From IMG/VR virus record IMGVR_UViG_3300013121_000047, positions 1 to 64,000 of that record: a stretch of 64,000 bases of DNA; one strand, given 5' to 3'. The translations under genes and the position numbers were made by a program. This stretch comes from a virus. Taxonomy: Duplodnaviria > Caudoviricetes. The notes under the pieces are model-generated. The model did no database searches. It was not told where the DNA came from and saw nothing but the letters and a program-made list of their open reading frames with translations. Of this stretch, positions 29,543 through 38,569 are shown piece by piece (positions within the stretch are counted from its first letter, which is position 1; each line of letters begins with the position of its first letter).

Positions 29543-30152
29543 CTCTAAATCCTTCAAAACCGTAGTCTAATATAACTAATTCTTTTCTATCTCGTGTGCC
29601 CCAATTTTGGTAGTAAAGGTCATTTGGGTCAAGATCACAACCCTCAATTAATCTTAAAAGTTCCTTCAACCAGCGATTGGGAATAATCATTTCTAAATTT
29701 GGCAAGCGCAGCCACCTTACAAACTCTCGACCTATGCTACTTTGATTACTTTTTGAGTTGTTTAATAAAATCTCTGAGAGTCCTGTTCCTTTTAAAGAAG
29801 CCAATAGAAGAGTTTCAAATTCTTTTTCTGATATAGTGGACACTTGTTCGAAGACTGCCCAATTAAGGCTTATAGAGTCATATCCATAAATTTTAGTTAA
29901 AAGGTCAGATTGAAAACATTTAAAAATTTCAATTTCTTTTTTAAGCTCTTCGGAATCCTCTTTCGTTAGTTTTAACAAATATTTTCCTGGTGTGAAAGTC
30001 ATATACAGATTTTTGTTTTCTCCGCCTCCCACCTGGTTTAAAACATATTTTCTTTTTATTTCTTGGAAAGAAAGAGTTTTAAGATTTTCAATTTCTGAAT
30101 TGATATCTTTAAACCTTGTTATGTTTTCAAATATAAACTGTCTAAGTTTCAT
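29532..30152 (-). CDS. Minimal protein-kinase-like protein with IFE leader
   Basis: MKLRQFIFE; VGGGENKNLY, YLLKL, KKEIEI, DLYYQN, ILDYG. Confidence 0.8.
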   Translation of the reverse strand: MKLRQFIFENITRFKDINSEIENLKTLSFQEIKRKYVLNQVGGGENKNLYMTFTPGKYLLKLTKEDSEELKKEIEIFKCFQSDLLTKIYGYDSISLNWAVFEQVSTISEKEFETLLLASLKGTGLSEILLNNSKSNQSSIGREFVRWLRLPNLEMIIPNRWLKELLRLIEGCDLDPNDLYYQNWGTRDRKELVILDYGFEGFRDGN

Positions 30153-30820
30153 TTCTTTGTCGATCGCTTTTCTTCTATTTTTTGGTTTAAATAATCAATA
30201 AATTCATCTGGTGTTTCATCAGGAAGCTCTTTGTAAATCCAATTATTCAAATTATCCATAAAAACATCTAGTACGCTATATCCACTATTCACATAAAAGT
30301 TTTCTAAAAACTGAATTGGGGCGATTGTTTCAATCACAGAAACTGTCCCAGGAATCAAAAGAGGTTCTCCATCTGTTCCAGTAAGATAGTCAAGAAATTC
30401 TGTTTCTTTTTCAATTTCTTCTGGGTACTGTTCTGCGTACCATTCTGCCATTTCTTGGCTATAGATTGTTTCTAATTCTCCTTTTACTACGTTAATTTGC
30501 CCAAGACAAATTGGTATTAAAAGTACATCAGTAAACATATTAACAAAATAATCTTTTAAACCATAGTCTGCACGAGACTGGTCTGGTTTTGAAATATTAT
30601 ACTTATCCCCACTTTTAGACAAGAAATAGCAAGAAACGCCACTTTCATAGTGTTTGCCAGTTTCTTGTTCCCACTCAGCCCCCAAGCCAAATTTTGAGGC
30701 AGAATTAATTTTGCTTCCTATTTTAAGGAATAATTGATTGCCTTTTTCGTTATCTACCAATCTTTGTGTTTTAACAATTTTTTTTGGAGATTCAAAAATT
30801 AATTTTTTAAGCTTTAACAC
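30149..30820 (-). CDS. Hypothetical protein with IFE leader (possible ART-like enzyme)
   Basis: MLKLKKLIFE; ESGVSCY and DGEPLL motifs; TAATTA 5 nt upstream. Confidence 0.5.
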   Translation of the reverse strand: MLKLKKLIFESPKKIVKTQRLVDNEKGNQLFLKIGSKINSASKFGLGAEWEQETGKHYESGVSCYFLSKSGDKYNISKPDQSRADYGLKDYFVNMFTDVLLIPICLGQINVVKGELETIYSQEMAEWYAEQYPEEIEKETEFLDYLTGTDGEPLLIPGTVSVIETIAPIQFLENFYVNSGYSVLDVFMDNLNNWIYKELPDETPDEFIDYLNQKIEEKRSTKK

Positions 30821-30828
30821 AAAGTTAA

Positions 30829-31077
30829 TTACAGAATATTAGCTTTTAATACTGCTGCTGTTTGAAGTCCAACCAATTTTTTCTTAAAGTTTCCTTCGTC
30901 ATCAATAACAACTATTGATGGAACCGCTCTTATTTGATACTTTTCTGCAACCTCTGGTCGTTCATCAATATCAATAAATTCAACCTCTATTTGAAGTTCT
31001 TTACTTAGTTTTTCAACTATTGGTTTTTGTACTTTGCATGGACCACACCATGTTGCATAGAATTCTAGTAGTTTCAT
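30829..31077 (-). CDS. trx: Thioredoxin
   Basis: FYATWCGPCK, IRAVP (cis-Pro). Confidence 0.93.
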   Translation of the reverse strand: MKLLEFYATWCGPCKVQKPIVEKLSKELQIEVEFIDIDERPEVAEKYQIRAVPSIVVIDDEGNFKKKLVGLQTAAVLKANIL

Positions 31078-31119
31078 TTTGTTTCCTTTGTCTCTTTTCT
31101 TTTGTTTGTATGATACATT

Positions 31120-31770
31120 TTACTTGAGTTTAGGTTCTTCTAATTCAAATTTAAAGTTAACTTTTATTCTCTTATAATTTAACGTTGAATCTGCCGTTAA
31201 AAACTCAATAAAAAACCAGTCGAAGTCAAATTTTTCGCCGAATAAACCTGGAATTCCAGGATATGAATCCGTACTGTGTTCTGTTAGTAGATAACTATGC
31301 TGGATTCCATCCCTGTCTATTTCACCGTATGGCATCAGAATACCTTCTGAAAAATATTTAACATATTCGCCCGAGCCTGCCGTAAACATATCGCCACCTA
31401 AATACCACCAACATATTTCAGTATATTCTCCATCTATAAAAATAGCAGATGGTCCTTTTCGGGATTCAAAATATTCAAAATTATCTACAATGTAAATCGA
31501 ATAATGATCTATCGATCCATAGCTGGAATCCCAAGTTATATATATTAATGTGTCAGTTTTTAAGCATTTAAAATCATTATCTCTTTTAAGATAATCAATT
31601 ATTTCTCGTGAAGTAAGTGATCCTGTGTCGTAATCGGTATCAATAGAAACAAATAAAGTATTTGTTTCCCCATCGTGATATATTTCAGCATAAAGTGGTT
31701 TAAAAATAAACTGTCCTTCTAGTTGAATTTTTTTTGTTTTAATATGTTTTATTTTCTTTTTAGAGTTCAT
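31120..31770 (-). CDS. Family B paralog (divergent relative of HRxDGPA family)
   Basis: SRKGPSAI...WWYLGG; YLLTEHSTDSYPGIPG. Confidence 0.6.
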   Translation of the reverse strand: MNSKKKIKHIKTKKIQLEGQFIFKPLYAEIYHDGETNTLFVSIDTDYDTGSLTSREIIDYLKRDNDFKCLKTDTLIYITWDSSYGSIDHYSIYIVDNFEYFESRKGPSAIFIDGEYTEICWWYLGGDMFTAGSGEYVKYFSEGILMPYGEIDRDGIQHSYLLTEHSTDSYPGIPGLFGEKFDFDWFFIEFLTADSTLNYKRIKVNFKFELEEPKLK

Positions 31771-32285
31771 TCTTTTATAAAAGTCCAACCCACAGTCTCA
31801 TATGTTTCGAATTTATATTGAATACCTTTTTCATTAATCAATACAAATTCATGGTCAATTAATCCTATATCTTCTCTTAAAGAAAATGATTCATCAATTT
31901 CCAATTCCAGAATGTCATTCTCTGTCAAAAACCTATTTTGATCTAACTGTATCAAATTTAAAAATTTAACAAAATTAGAAGTGGGTCCTTTATTTGAGTC
32001 TCTGATAAAAATTTGACTATTATCCACATAACAAGTTATAACCAGTTTTCCATTTTTAAGAAAGAATAAAAATTTAGGATTATATATTAATAAACCTGTA
32101 TATGGTACGCCAAAATGATTTTGGTAAATTTTTGATATACAAACATCGCTATTACCCATTGCTGGTAATATTCCTATTATTCTTGATTTTGTTATTGGAG
32201 ATTCATATACCTTAAAATAACATGTTTCATTTTCTCCGTCTACAAATTCACTGTGCTGTATTTCTTTCACAAGGTTCAGTTTCAT
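31767..32285 (-). CDS. Family B paralog
   Basis: GVPYTG...FFLKNGKL...RFLTENDILEL. Confidence 0.65.
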   Translation of the reverse strand: MKLNLVKEIQHSEFVDGENETCYFKVYESPITKSRIIGILPAMGNSDVCISKIYQNHFGVPYTGLLIYNPKFLFFLKNGKLVITCYVDNSQIFIRDSNKGPTSNFVKFLNLIQLDQNRFLTENDILELEIDESFSLREDIGLIDHEFVLINEKGIQYKFETYETVGWTFIKE

Positions 32286-32761
32286 TTAAACAACTCCTCA
32301 AAGTTTTCTATTTTTATTTTAACTAATTTAAGATTTGGGTCGATAAGATAAAAATCGTTCTCTAGTGACCCATTTTCTTTTGCTCCTAATTGTTCTGGAT
32401 AAGAAACTATTTTATCTTCGGATAAAAAGGTATCAAAACTTCCATATTTTTCCGAGAAAATTTTATTATTTAATGAAATTAAATTTTTCCCTGGATTCAT
32501 TGGTTCTAACTTTTCTGAGTTTAAATTTTTATGCCAAACAATAAAGACACTCTCAGTAAAAATTTTTATCTGATAAATAAGTTCTTTACCAGAAAGAAAA
32601 CTGATTATAGTGAATCCCTTTACTGTTTGTTCAAATGCCATGTAAGGTTGACGAATAATCTCAAAATCCATTTTAGAATTTTTTATGAAAACCAGCGCCA
32701 TATCAGAATCTGTTTCATACATGTTGTAGTTTTCATTTTTCTCTATCGCTTTTATTTCCAT
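32282..32761 (-). CDS. Family B paralog
   Basis: Likely start MEIKAIEK; LISLN...TFLSEDKIVSYP. Confidence 0.55.
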   Translation of the reverse strand: MEIKAIEKNENYNMYETDSDMALVFIKNSKMDFEIIRQPYMAFEQTVKGFTIISFLSGKELIYQIKIFTESVFIVWHKNLNSEKLEPMNPGKNLISLNNKIFSEKYGSFDTFLSEDKIVSYPEQLGAKENGSLENDFYLIDPNLKLVKIKIENFEELFK

Positions 32762-32768
32762 TTTTATT

Positions 32769-33269
32769 TTAACTTTCTTTAGGATGTAGCAATTGAAATT
32801 TATATTCAATTCCATCGCTATTAACAGAAAAAAGTTCATGCTCAATTTTTGAATCTATTATTTCTAAACAGAAAGGAATTTCTTTTATTCCTTTTTCTGT
32901 TAAAATCATTCGATAACTTATTCCATCCTTTGCAATCTGAACGCCTAAGTCAATAACCGCTTCTGGGCAAAACATTACACTTATTTTTGGCAGCCAGATT
33001 AAAATCTCATTTTTATAATGAACCAAATCAAATTCACAGTCTCCATTTCGAAAATATTTAATCCTTGATTTCAACTCTTTTAGATATCCAGTAAATTGTT
33101 TACCAAACATATATTCGTAATCACTTAATATGGCGAGTTGATTATATATCAAATTTTTTGGCTCTAAAATTTCTATTTCTTGATTTACATTCCATAATAC
33201 TTTAAACGTTTTTGGTTTCCATAATTTAAATGTTGCAGATTCTCTTGCTAGAGCAAATTTTTCCATCAT
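32769..33269 (-). CDS. Family B paralog
   Basis: FGKQFTG...YFRNG...IDLG...ILTEKGIKEIP. Confidence 0.65.
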   Translation of the reverse strand: MMEKFALARESATFKLWKPKTFKVLWNVNQEIEILEPKNLIYNQLAILSDYEYMFGKQFTGYLKELKSRIKYFRNGDCEFDLVHYKNEILIWLPKISVMFCPEAVIDLGVQIAKDGISYRMILTEKGIKEIPFCLEIIDSKIEHELFSVNSDGIEYKFQLLHPKES

Positions 33270-33612
33270 TCTTACTTTCTATTATGTTTTCAAAACTAAT
33301 TTGAGCACTAAAAGTCTCATAAGTTTCAAATCTTTCTATTTTAACAATAATTTTTGGACTTATAATCTCAAATGTTTTTTGTGCATTTCCAAGCATATCA
33401 ATTGACTTCAGTATTAATTTCTGATAATCTTGTTTGAAAAGGTGCCCAATTTCTTTATAAGAGGAAAAATTCTCAACATGAAAATCAGAAATGAATTTAT
33501 TTTTATGCCAATCATTCAAAAATTGTGATTCGTAATTTGGATTAAAACTTTTCATCAAGAACAAATTGTTTTCAAACTCAATAAAATACCGTTTTTTTTC
33601 AATTGGTTGCAT
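33226..33612 (-). CDS. Hypothetical protein
   Basis: ORF in operon; family motifs not evident. Confidence 0.45.
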   Translation of the reverse strand: MQPIEKKRYFIEFENNLFLMKSFNPNYESQFLNDWHKNKFISDFHVENFSSYKEIGHLFKQDYQKLILKSIDMLGNAQKTFEIISPKIIVKIERFETYETFSAQISFENIIESKNDGKICSSKRICNI

Positions 33613-33615
33613 TAT

Positions 33616-34179
33616 TTAAAATTTTCTATCTTTTATCTGAAATCTTGGCTTAATTTTGTTTAACAAACTTACTTCAAAATAATCGTAAAACATATTTGGC
33701 GGTAATATTATCTCTACAATTCCTTTGTCAGTTAAAAACTTTTCAAACTTTAGTTTGTTTTTTTCAATTTCACCTAAAGAAATAAAAGTTTCCTTGTGTT
33801 TGTTATATTTTTCAAATGTAAACCATATCTCTGTATAGAGACTTTTATCTAAACCATGCCAAATTAGTTTTCCATAATCTGAAACAATAGATGGCATCGA
33901 CTTTTCCGATATTATTGATTGTCCATTAACATGATGGAACCAATTAACGCCTGCGCCTCCATCTGAATTAAAACCACAAAATACTTCAATTATTCCTGAG
34001 TAGCCTATTCCATATAGGCTTAAATAAACTGCTTTGGCTTCGTCAATTTTTTTCAAAGGAAAATGTTCCTTTATGTTTTCAAAATTTAACATTAGATAAT
34101 TGTTTGAATTTTGATCTTGATAAAGAGAGTATTCTTTTGATAAAGAATTAATAAATTTTAGCCAAATTTCATTTGGCAT
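33616..34179 (-). CDS. Family B paralog
   Basis: YGIGYSG...HVNG...FISLGE...KFLTDKGIVE; likely start MPNE. Confidence 0.65.
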   Translation of the reverse strand: MPNEIWLKFINSLSKEYSLYQDQNSNNYLMLNFENIKEHFPLKKIDEAKAVYLSLYGIGYSGIIEVFCGFNSDGGAGVNWFHHVNGQSIISEKSMPSIVSDYGKLIWHGLDKSLYTEIWFTFEKYNKHKETFISLGEIEKNKLKFEKFLTDKGIVEIILPPNMFYDYFEVSLLNKIKPRFQIKDRKF

Positions 34180-34651
34180 CTTCGCTAATCTCAAACTTGT
34201 ATTCGAATTCGGATGAATTTATATCATAAGAAAATAGATCTGATTCAAAAGTGGTTTCAGTTATTTGAAAAAACGGTAACTCAATAATTCCATTTTCACT
34301 TAAAAATTTATTCATTCGAATATCACCTTTGTATTCAAAGTTAAGAAAGATAGATTTTGCGTAGAGTTCTAATTCATATATTCCAAAAAAATTTTCAAAC
34401 GTAGGCTTACCATTCACATGATAAATTGCGTATTCAGCTATTCCACTATTATATTTCATAATTGTGTAAACAAATCTATCATTAAGACAAGAGTTCTGAT
34501 AACCGCTAATCCTTATACCAGAATAATTTCTTGGCAATGAAAATACTTTACCGTAAAAAATATTTTCTTTATATGAACTATATTCACAATGACCTTTTTT
34601 ATCAACAAAAAATTTATATTTTTCTTTTTCCATTTTATCCTCAAAATTCAT
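34169..34651 (-). CDS. Family B paralog
   Basis: LPRNYSG (cf. family A LPKNYTG), SIFLN...KFLSENGIIELP. Confidence 0.7.
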   Translation of the reverse strand: MNFEDKMEKEKYKFFVDKKGHCEYSSYKENIFYGKVFSLPRNYSGIRISGYQNSCLNDRFVYTIMKYNSGIAEYAIYHVNGKPTFENFFGIYELELYAKSIFLNFEYKGDIRMNKFLSENGIIELPFFQITETTFESDLFSYDINSSEFEYKFEISEDAK

Positions 34652-35134
34652 TTATATATTTTTTTATTTTAATTTGAAAGTCTTTATCACTAACATAAAA
34701 AAATTCATTTTCGATAATGCCGTTTTCAATTTTAATTTCTTCTGGAAGTTCCATAATGCCATTGCTGGTTAGCCAAGAGTTATAAACTCTGCCGTTAATA
34801 TCTGAACTCAAAGAGTCTAAGTTGATAAAATCATCACACAAAAAAAATAATACATGTTACTTTCATTTTTTCCTAAAAAAGCAAGCTTTCTTTCTTTATT
34901 AATTGAATAAATTTCTTTTTCATTTTTATAGAAAGTTATGTCATCAATCCAATCTGTATAAGAATAAAAACCTGTATATGGTTTTTTGTACTCATTGTAA
35001 TATACACTAAAAATATCCCTTATCGAAAGAGATAGATCTGTTTGATATAGAAAACAATTCCCTTTACTACTTTCCCAAAGTCTAAAAGGTTTATTTATTT
35101 TGAATTTTACTTCAACTAAGTTGTCGGTTGTCAT
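34641..35134 (-). pseudogene. Family B paralog split by a -1 frameshift in a T8 run
   Basis: ORFs 34817-35134 (KPYTG) and 34641-34841 (WLTSNGIMELP) join if one T is added at 34840-34847. Confidence 0.65.
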
Positions 35135-35138
35135 TACG

Positions 35139-35579
35139 CTAACCCTTTCTGTTTTGTAGTTTAATCAATATTATTTTAAGTAACTCAATTGTTCTTTTTG
35201 ATGGATTACTGGTTAAAAATCCACAATTCTTTTTAAGTGAATAAGGTGGAATTTTTCCGTTAAATTGTTTAACTGTTATATCGATAATTTTTCCATCTTT
35301 TTTAGATAAAAACCAATGTGTTCCGCCGCAAAATTTAACATAAGAAGGTGTATATAAATTAGTTTGTTTTGTTAAATGATAAAAAGCTTCTGAGGCAACA
35401 TAACAATGCCCAGCCAATTTATTGCTATTTCCTTGATACTTTTTCTTTCTTAGATTATCTGAAAGTGATCTTTTTATTAAAACTATAATCTGACTTTCTG
35501 TTGGCTTAAATCCATTTTCATTTATTTCATATAAAATTTGCTTGATTAATTTTTTACCAAAGTTCTGTTTTGGTTTCAA
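35139..35579 (-). CDS. YunG-like protein with putative Cys-His-Asp triad
   Basis: GHCYVASE...THWFL...IIDITVKQF. Confidence 0.55.
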   Translation of the reverse strand: MKPKQNFGKKLIKQILYEINENGFKPTESQIIVLIKRSLSDNLRKKKYQGNSNKLAGHCYVASEAFYHLTKQTNLYTPSYVKFCGGTHWFLSKKDGKIIDITVKQFNGKIPPYSLKKNCGFLTSNPSKRTIELLKIILIKLQNRKG

Positions 35580-35591
35580 ACACTGTTCTCC

Positions 35592-36209
35592 TTAAAAAGA
35601 ATCTGTACGATATATATTTTTAATAGAAACCTTTGCGTTTTCATTTATTTTTTTAGCTTCTTTTTCTGCTTCGGCAATCGCCAACATTATTTCGGAACCA
35701 TTAGCAGCTTCAAGATGTGATTTTTTTTGTTTGGTAATTCGAATATAGCGTGAAACAGAATAAAGACCTTTGTCTTCAATAGAATTGAATTTTAACAGCA
35801 AATATGCTGCTGGCACTAATGTGGTAAAACATCCATCAGAATAAAATACTGATGTTTTTGTTCTGGTCATATAGATCTCAAACTCGCCCCAACGCTGCAA
35901 ACACTTAACAAGTGCATTTTGAAATACTATTTCACTGTTATCAACATTCATTTCTTTTACAGTCGTTTCAGGAATTTCTCCAATTTCTTGTTTTGTTTTC
36001 ATATCAAAAACCCTACAAGAGTAAGACAAGAATAATGTTTTCGATAAACTTTCAAGAGTTAAATTGATCTTATTTTCTTCTTCTTCGAACTCTACCCATT
36101 TATTATATTCGGTATCCTCTCCTGCAAGAAAAACTAGTTTTTGAAGTTCTTCTTTCAAATGTTTTATGTCTTGAGGTTTTGGTTCTAGATATATTCTATA
36201 TTTATTCAT
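35592..36209 (-). CDS. Hypothetical protein
   Basis: 205-aa ORF in operon. Confidence 0.5.
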   Translation of the reverse strand: MNKYRIYLEPKPQDIKHLKEELQKLVFLAGEDTEYNKWVEFEEEENKINLTLESLSKTLFLSYSCRVFDMKTKQEIGEIPETTVKEMNVDNSEIVFQNALVKCLQRWGEFEIYMTRTKTSVFYSDGCFTTLVPAAYLLLKFNSIEDKGLYSVSRYIRITKQKKSHLEAANGSEIMLAIAEAEKEAKKINENAKVSIKNIYRTDSF

Positions 36210-36240
36210 TTTTTATCCGATTTATAAATTAATTTTCAAT

Positions 36241-37185
36241 TTAGTCTTCATTTTCTATAAGAAATTTATTTATAATTTCTTCAACTTGTTCTGGTTTCAA
36301 TTTAGAACCAGAAACACGTGGACTTCCGCCAATTAAATCTCCACCTCCCCAAATATCTTTAGTTGAAAATTCTGTTCCATATTCTGCCACATTTAATACT
36401 TTGTAAAGTCCAATTATATCAAAATTTATAAATGGGGAAGATTTTCCAATTGTATAGGTATATGTTTTTTTGTCATTATGTTCTCTTACTGAGATAAAAG
36501 CCGTAATTCCATCTGAGATCATACCTACTCGGCTATGTGAACCATTTTCTTTTACAAGTTTCCAATTTTTGCCACCGCCAAAAATCTCATATGAGAAATC
36601 CATTTCAATTGATTCTGCATTTCCATTAATAAATGCCATTATTCGCCTTTCAACATCAGAAATAATTTCTCTGTATTCAGTTTCATTTTTTTTATTTAAA
36701 CCACCATTTAAACGAAATGTTCGATATGGACTAAAAACCCATGCGAGTTTGTGTAATGAATCTAAATCTACAGGAAATGGATAAAATCCCGATGTTGAAT
36801 CTGCCATGTCTTCTAAGTGAACAAGTTTATTCACTTGTGGATTCATAGAATTACTTACAAGAAAGTGATTTTTTAATAAAAACCAAGAAGTGCAAACATC
36901 TTCATCGCAGTCGTTTACAAAAACATTTGCAACCGCACCTGTTTTTTGTTTAAATGTGGAAAACAATCCTTGTCTAATAGCAAGTAACACTTGTGCACAG
37001 GTTGCCCTTGTTGCCAATCTATTAACTTCTTCGTGATGATTAAAATTTAAATATTTACCGATAGAAGTATATCGCGGTCCTGTATTAACATAACCATCAA
37101 GGGCAATAGAAAACTCTGGTTTTGTTTTAATAAACTCTTCCCAGGATATTGGAATTTGACTTGGTTCAACTATTAATTTGATCAT
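36241..37185 (-). CDS. Putative DHH-like phosphoesterase
   Basis: ALDG, NFNHH, NDCDED, C-terminal WGGG..IGGSPR (DHHA1-like). Confidence 0.4.
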   Translation of the reverse strand: MIKLIVEPSQIPISWEEFIKTKPEFSIALDGYVNTGPRYTSIGKYLNFNHHEEVNRLATRATCAQVLLAIRQGLFSTFKQKTGAVANVFVNDCDEDVCTSWFLLKNHFLVSNSMNPQVNKLVHLEDMADSTSGFYPFPVDLDSLHKLAWVFSPYRTFRLNGGLNKKNETEYREIISDVERRIMAFINGNAESIEMDFSYEIFGGGKNWKLVKENGSHSRVGMISDGITAFISVREHNDKKTYTYTIGKSSPFINFDIIGLYKVLNVAEYGTEFSTKDIWGGGDLIGGSPRVSGSKLKPEQVEEIINKFLIENED

Positions 37186-37790
37186 TTTACTTTTCTTTCA
37201 TATTCTTGTCGTGTTATGAATTTCGGTGCAATGTTAACAATTCTATTATCATATTCAAACATAGAAAAAATAGAATGGGTTTGTTCAATAAAACAAGCTT
37301 CAACAATCCCTTTGTCTGTTAGAAACCTACCGATTCTATATGGCATAGATCTGTTATCTTCCACTTCTCCAAGAAATATAGAATTATATAAAAACCTATT
37401 ATATTCCCATGCGCAAATTTCATGTTCTAGCAGTTTTTCTTTAAAAAAATAAAACAACTTTATTATTGAATAATTCCAAGGATTGTGTAAAAGAAAAATA
37501 TCTTCTGTATTTCGGCAAGAAGAATTTTTGGCAAAAAACCAAAAATCTCCATATTGATTTAAGTTTTGAACCATACCAGAAAATGGTTTCCCTATCTTAT
37601 GTTCATAAGCTTTAAAGATTTCATTTTCCAAATCATTTACATATTCTTGAATTGTAAACCGATAGTCATCAGATCCACCAGAACAAGCATAAATTAAAAA
37701 CTCGTATCCATCTTTGTTTTTATATAAATCAAGATTCCTATAAATTCTTGGTTTAACCAATTCCAAGATTTCTGTTTCCTTGCTTAGCAC
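37182..37790 (-). CDS. Family B paralog
   Basis: IGKPFSG...SIFLGE...RFLTDKGIVE. Confidence 0.7.
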   Translation of the reverse strand: MLSKETEILELVKPRIYRNLDLYKNKDGYEFLIYACSGGSDDYRFTIQEYVNDLENEIFKAYEHKIGKPFSGMVQNLNQYGDFWFFAKNSSCRNTEDIFLLHNPWNYSIIKLFYFFKEKLLEHEICAWEYNRFLYNSIFLGEVEDNRSMPYRIGRFLTDKGIVEACFIEQTHSIFSMFEYDNRIVNIAPKFITRQEYERKVK

Positions 37791-37796
37791 CCACTA

Positions 37797-37825
37797 ATCA
37801 TACACACTGTTTAAACGGTTGTAAA
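37797..37825 (-). promoter_or_regulatory. sigma70-like promoter, leaderless, heading the family B operon
   Basis: TTTACA-17nt-TATGAT, GTG start 6 nt downstream. Confidence 0.65.
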
Positions 37826-37840
37826 GCAGCAAGTTTAAAC

Positions 37841-38488
37841 TTATGCGCCATAATCTAAAATAACAAGACTTCCATCGGCGCGAAGCCCCCAATTATCTTC
37901 ATGAAAATCATCTGCATTCATTTTGCAGTTATTTAACTCATCAGATAAATTTTTACCCCAAGAATTTAACTCTATTTCAAGGCCACCAGACAAAGCATCG
38001 CCGATTGCGTATATTGCTCTGTTGGTGGTCATTAGAGAAATAAATTCAAAAAACTTTTCATCAGAACCCTCTAGATTTTGAATTAATAGTTTTAAAATTT
38101 GTTTATTTGATAATCCAGTTTGCACTTTTTCACAAATTATCCAAAAATAATTTTCTTTATCGAAATCATAAATTTTTGTAAAATATTCATCAGAAAAACA
38201 ATTTGACTTAAGTGTAATTTCGGCTTTGTTTTGATTCACTCCTCCAAATATACCTTCGCCATCTTTTGCAACTTTAACAATAAATTCAGTTCCTGGGATG
38301 TCATATATTATTCTTCCATTTCCTTCTGCTATTTCCACAAATCCATGAGCTTTAGCCAAAAGCTTGAATTTAATTCTTTCTGGAAGATCCATGTGCTGAT
38401 TCATTTCTTGCCTTATCAAATCTCCATACCTCTTTGCTTCAGGATTTGAAGTTAATGCCATTTCAAATATAATTGGATAAAGTTTCAT
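37841..38488 (-). CDS. Minimal protein-kinase-like protein with IFE leader
   Basis: MKLYPIIFE; IAEGNGRIIY, FIVKV, NKAEI, DFHEDN, ILDYG; TAATTA 6 nt upstream. Confidence 0.8.
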   Translation of the reverse strand: MKLYPIIFEMALTSNPEAKRYGDLIRQEMNQHMDLPERIKFKLLAKAHGFVEIAEGNGRIIYDIPGTEFIVKVAKDGEGIFGGVNQNKAEITLKSNCFSDEYFTKIYDFDKENYFWIICEKVQTGLSNKQILKLLIQNLEGSDEKFFEFISLMTTNRAIYAIGDALSGGLEIELNSWGKNLSDELNNCKMNADDFHEDNWGLRADGSLVILDYGA

Positions 38489-38569
38489 ACCAATTAATTA
38501 TAAAAGAAATTTATGGCCAGAATTTTAATTTCAAATCAGCAATCGAAACATCTAATATGAGCCTTTTAC

